NCBI GenBank assembly: GCA_030390025.1
Contig: JASTWF010000035.1
Location: 3,348,001-3,412,000 of the forward strand
Direction: 5' to 3'
DNA from: Squalus acanthias
Lineage: Eukaryota
DNA length: 64,000 bases
Both the position numbers and the translations under genes were made by a program. Below are positions 59,406 through 64,000 of the stretch, in pieces. The notes under the pieces are model-generated. The model was given only the letters and a program-made list of their open reading frames with translations. It searched no databases and was not told the DNA's origin. Within the stretch, counting starts at the first letter, position 1; each line of letters begins with the position of its first letter.

Positions 59406-60484
59406 AGGGACAGAGAGTAGGGATAAGTGGGTCATTTTCAGATTGGCGGGCTGCCGCAAGGATCATTGCTTGGACCTCAGCTATTTACAACTTATATTAA
59501 TGACTTGGATGAAGGGACCAAATGTGATGTATCCACGTGGGAAAGTAAGCTGAGAAGGACACAGAGGCAGCAAAGGGATATAGAAAGGTTAAGTGAGTGG
59601 GAAATAAGGTGGCAGATGAGGTATAATGTAGAGAAATTAGGTTATTCACTTTGGTAGGAAGAACAATTATTTTTAAATGGTGAGAAACTATTAAATGTTG
59701 ATGATCAGAGATTTAGGTGTCCTCATAGAGGAAACAGTTAGCTTGCAGGTACAGCCAGCAATTGGGAAGACATATGGCATGTTGGCCTTTATTCCAAGGG
59801 GGTTGGATTACAAGAATAAGGAAATCTTGCTGCAATTGTACAGGGCTTTAGTGAGACCCACACCTGGAGTGCTGTGCAGTTTTGGTCTCCTTATCTGAAG
59901 GAGGATATACTTGCCTTGGAGGTGGTGGAACAAAGGTTCACTAGATTGATTCCTGGGATGAGAGGGCTGTCCTATGAGGAGAGATTGTGTAGAATGGGCC
60001 GATACTCTCTGGAGTTTAGAAGAATGAGCGACGATCTCATTGAAACATACAAGATTCTGAAGGGGATTGACAGGGTAGATTCTGAGAGATTGTTTCCCCT
60101 GGCTGGAGAGTCTAGAATAAGGGGGCATGGTCTCAAGATAAGGGGTCAGCCATTTAGGACGGAGATGCGGAGGAATTTCTTCACTCAGAGGGCTGAGAGT
60201 CTTTGGAATTCTCTACCCCAGAGGGCTGTGGATGCTCAGTCGATGAGTATATTCAAGGCTGAGATTGATAGATTTTTGGACTCTGAGGGAATCAAGGGAT
60301 ATGGGAATAGGGCTGGAAAGTGGAGTTGATGTAGAAGTTCAGCCATGATCTTATTGAATGGCAGAGCAGGCTTGAGGGGTGTATGACCTACTCCTGTTCT
60401 TATGAGTGTGAGGGAGTGCAAGCATGGGAGCACAAGGCAGAGGGAGTGCAGGTGAGGTGGCCTTTGTATTCTAGTCCTCTAGAT

Positions 60485-60626
60485 ATAAGGGGCTAGACGT
60501 TATGCTACAGCTATACAAAGCCATGGTTAGACCACACCTGGAGTACTGTGAGCAGTTCTGGGCACCACACCTTAGGAAGGATATATTGGCCTTGGAGGGA
60601 GTGCGGTGTAGGTTTACCAGAATGAT
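60485..60626 (+). mobile_element. Short CR1 ORF2 fragment
   Basis: MLQLYKAMVRPHLEYCEQFWAPHLRKD..RFTRMI at the start of ORF 60502-60924. Confidence 0.75.
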
Positions 60627-62430
60627 ACATAGAAACGTAGAAGATGGGAGCATAAGTAGGCCATTCGGCCCCTCTAGCCTGCTCCGCCATTCAATGCGAT
60701 CATGGCTGATCATCCAAATTCAGAACCCTGTCCCTGCTTTCTCCCCATATCCCTTGATCCCTTTAGCCTTAAGAAATATATCCAACTCCTTCTTGAATCT
60801 ATTTAATGAATTGGCCTCTACTGCCTTCTGTGGCAGAGAATTCCACAGGTTCACCACTCTCTGGGTGAAGAAATTCCTCCTCATCTCAGTCCTAAATGGC
60901 TTGCCCCTTATCCTTAGACTGTGACCCCTGGTTCTGGACTCCCCGACCATCAGGAACATCCTTTCTGCATCTAGTCTGTCTAGTCGTTTCAGAATTTTAT
61001 AAGTTTCAATGAGATCCCCTCTCATTCTTCTAAACTCCAGCGAGTATAAGCCCAATCGACCCAATCTCTCCTCATACGTCATTCCTGCCATCCCAGGTAT
61101 CAGCCTGGTGAATCTTCGCTGCACTCCCTCCATGGCAAGAACATCCTTCCTCAGATAAGGCGACCAAAACTGCACACAGTACTCAAGATGTGGTCTCACT
61201 AAGGCCCTGTACAACTGCAGCAAGACATTCTTGTTCCTATACTCAAACCCTCTCGCTATGAAGGCCAACATACCATTTGCCGCCTTAACCGCCTGCTGCA
61301 CCTGCATGCTTACCTTCAGCAACTGGTGCACAAGGACACCCAGGTCTCGTTGCACTTCCCCCTTCTCCCAATCTATTGCCATTCAGATAATAATCTGCCT
61401 TCCTGTTTTTGACACCAAAGTGGATAACCTCGCATTTATCCACGTTATATTGCATCTGCCATGCATCTGCCCAATCACCCAACCTGTCCAAATCATACTG
61501 GAGTTTCTCTGCATCCTCCTCACAACACACACACACCCAGCTTTGTGTCCTCTGCAAATTTGGAGATATTACATCTAGTTCCAATCACAGAATCCCCACA
61601 GTGCAGATAGAGGCCATTTCGGCCCATCGAGCCTGCACCGACACATATCCTACCCTATCCCCGTAACCCCACGTATTTAATCCCCCCTAACATTAAGGGT
61701 CAATTTTATCATAGCCAAATCAACCTAACCCGCACATCTTTGGACTGTGGGAGGAAACCGGAGCACCCGGAGGAAACCCACGCAGACACTGGGAGAATGT
61801 CTGTGTGGAGTTTGCAGTCACCCAAGGCCGGATTTGAACCCGGGTCCCTGGTGCTGTGAGGCAGCAGTGCTAACCACTATGCCACCGTGTTCCCTTGTCT
61901 CGATCATTAATATATATTGTGAATAGCTGGGGTCCAAGGACCGATCCCTGCGATACCCCACTAGTCACTGCCTGCCACTCGGAAAAAGACCCATTAATTC
62001 CTACTCTCTGCTTTCTGTCCGCCAACCAGTTCTCTATCCAAGTCAATACCTTGCCACCCATCCCATGTGCCTTAACTTTACACACTAATCTCTTATGCGG
62101 GACCTTATCAAAAGCCTTTTGAAAGTCCAAATACACCACATCTACTGGTTCTCCCTTATCTATTTTCCCAGTTACATCCTCAAAAAATTCCAGTAGATTA
62201 GTCAAGCACGATTTACCTTTTGTAAATCCATGTTGACTTTGTCCGATCCTGTCACTGTTTTTCAAGTGCTCAGCTATTACATCTTTTATAATGGACTCTA
62301 GCATTTTCTCCACTACCGATGTCAGGCTTACCAGTCTGTAATTCCCTGCTTTCTCTCTGCCACCCTTTTTGAATAGTGGGGTAACAGTAGCTACCCTCCA
62401 ATCCATGGGTACAGTTCCAGATTCCATCGA
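60627..62430 (-). mobile_element. CR1 family A 3' half, interrupted by a SINE
   Basis: Minus ORFs 61870-62538 (from SMESGTVP), 61285-61584 and 60720-61382. Confidence 0.93.
61583..61888 (-). mobile_element. tRNA-derived V-SINE/HE1-type SINE with a CR1-like 3' tail
   Basis: Minus strand A box TGGCATAGTGG and B box GGTTCAAATCC, V-domain-like GTCTGCGTGGGTTTCCTCCGGGTGCTCCGGTTTCCTCCCACAGTCCAAAGA, and CR1-type GGCCGAAATGGCC stem-loop and tail. GTTCC duplicated on both sides. Confidence 0.9.
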
Positions 62431-64000
62431 TATAGGTAAAAAACGGGATGAGGTCCTAAAAGCATAATAGAGGGAGTTAGGAGGTAAATTAAAAGAGGAC
62501 CTCAAAGGTAGTAATCTCAGGATTGCTACCAGTGCCACGTGCTAGTCAGAGTAGAAATAGGAGGATATTTCAAATGAATACGTGGCTAGAAGAATGGTGC
62601 AAGGGGGAGGGATTCAAATTCCTTGGACATTGGAACCGGTTCTGGGGGAGGTGGGACCAGTACAAACAGGACGGTCTGCACCTGGGCAGGGCTGGGACCG
62701 ATGTCCTAGGGGGAGTGTTTGCTAGTGCTGTTGGGGAGGGTTTAAACTAAAGTGGCAGGGGGCTGGGAACCTGAGCAGGGAGACAGAGGAAAGGGAAATA
62801 AGGATAAAAGCTAAAGACAGGAAGGAGAAAAACAAAAGTAGAAGGCAAAGAACTCAACGGTTTAAATCAAACATGGTCACAGTAAATAATAATTCATATA
62901 GGTCTGAGAGCGTTAAAAAAACAAGCCTGAAGGCTTTGTGTCTTAATGCAAGGAGCATTCGGAACAAGGTGGATGAATTAGCTGCGCAAATAGAGGTAAA
63001 TGAATACGATTTGATTGGGATTACAGAAACATGGCTCCAGGGTGGCCAAGGCTGGGAACTCAACATCCAGGGTTATTCAATATTTAGGAAAGATAGGCAA
63101 AAAAGAAAGGGAGGTGGGGTAGCATTGCTGGTTAAAGAGGGGATTAACACAATTGAGAGGAAGGATATTAGCTCTGATGATGTGGAATCTGTATGGGTAG
63201 AACTGAGAAATAACAAGGGGCAGAAAACGTTAGTGGGAGTGGTATATAGACCTCCAAACAGTAATACGGAGGTTGGGGACGGCATTAAAAGGGAAATTAG
63301 AGAAGCATGCAGTAAGGGCACAGCAGTCATCATGGGTGACTTTAATTTACATATAGATTGGGCTAACCAAATTAGTAAAAATACTGTGGAGGAGGAATTC
63401 CTAGAATGTTTACGAGATGGTTTTCTGGAACAATATGTCGAGGAACCAACCAGAGATCAGGCCATCTTAGACTGGGTATTATGCAACGAGAAAGGATTAA
63501 TTAGCAATCTTGTTGTACGAGGCCCCTTGGGTCAGAGTGATCATAATATGATAGAATTCTTCATTAGGATGGAGAGTGAAGTAGTTGAATCAGAGACTAG
63601 GGTCCTGAATTTAAATAAAGGAAACTACGATGGTATGAGGCGCGAATTGGGTAGGATTGATTGGGGAATGTCACTCAAGGGGTTGACGGTGGATAGGCAA
63701 TGGCAAACATTCAAAGACTGCATGGATGAACTACAGAATTTGTACATCCCAGTGTGGCATAAGAATAAAACAAAAAGGGTGACTCAACCGTGGCTAACAA
63801 GGGAAATTAGGGATAGCATAAGATCCAAGGAGAGGGCATATAAATTGGCCAGAAAAAGCGGTAGCCCTGAGGATTGGGAGCAGTTTAGGATTCAACAAAG
63901 GAGGACAAAGGGATTAATTAAGAAGGGGGAAATAGAATATGAAAGTAAGCTTTCAGGGAACATAAAAACTGACTGTAAGAGCTTTTATAGATATGTGAAG
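62428..64000 (+). mobile_element. CR1 family A, end of ORF1 (stop at 62750) and open ORF2 APE region running off the window
   Basis: ORF 62523-62750 (DGLH..GEGLN*). The -1 frame continues into KTSLKALCLNARS, ITETW, VYRPP, GDFN and SDH. Confidence 0.93.

Larger units (their letters stand above)
46633..60405 (+). mobile_element. Old CR1 ORF2 in five pieces (46633-47082, 51368-51630, 55823-56345, 58809-58945, 59406-60405)
   Basis: Peptide continuity across the insertions: IIGDSN..KVI / EVKDTI..LNKYF / ASVFT..EPVDV / VYLDFQKAF / QGSLLGP..GKWS*. Confidence 0.8.

Noticed and set aside
61820..61888. tRNA gene
   Set aside because: The A and B boxes belong to the tRNA-derived head of a SINE that continues into a V-domain and LINE tail.
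63979..64000. The last 22 nt equal the first 22 nt of the window (GAGCTTTTATAGATATGTGAAG), suggesting circularity
   Set aside because: Both ends fall in copies of the same abundant CR1 family, and the window is an arbitrary 64,000-bp cut, so coincidence is the simplest explanation.

Overview
Vertebrate nuclear DNA, most likely a cartilaginous fish (shark). The taxon is inferred from HE1/V-SINE and HER1-like CR1 repeats and is not proven. The window is almost entirely nested transposable elements inside two very large introns of a minus-strand host gene. Only one 200-bp coding exon of that gene is visible (29448-29647, rhotekin/RTKN HR1 domain, missed by the ORF track). The repeats include more than 20 CR1-clade LINE copies or fragments from several families, one of them full length with intact ORF1 (zinc finger, SGNH esterase) and ORF2 (APE, RT) at 6867-11571. 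There is also a second LINE lineage broken into four pieces, an RTE fragment, two Penelope-like fragments each carrying a minimal hammerhead ribozyme, two V/HE1-type SINEs and a hAT end. A PIF/Harbinger system is present: a two-gene element at 51631-55822, two related MITEs, and a Myb/SANT-only element of another family at 6407-13292. Two observations stand out. (1) Six of seven CR1 ORF1/ORF2 junctions end in an in-phase U_UUA_AAC slippery heptamer followed immediately by the stop, with ORF2 in the -1 frame and no conserved ATG, which suggests programmed -1 ribosomal frameshifting. (2) Two different Harbinger families inserted at the same homologous quasi-palindromic site inside CR1 ORF2.
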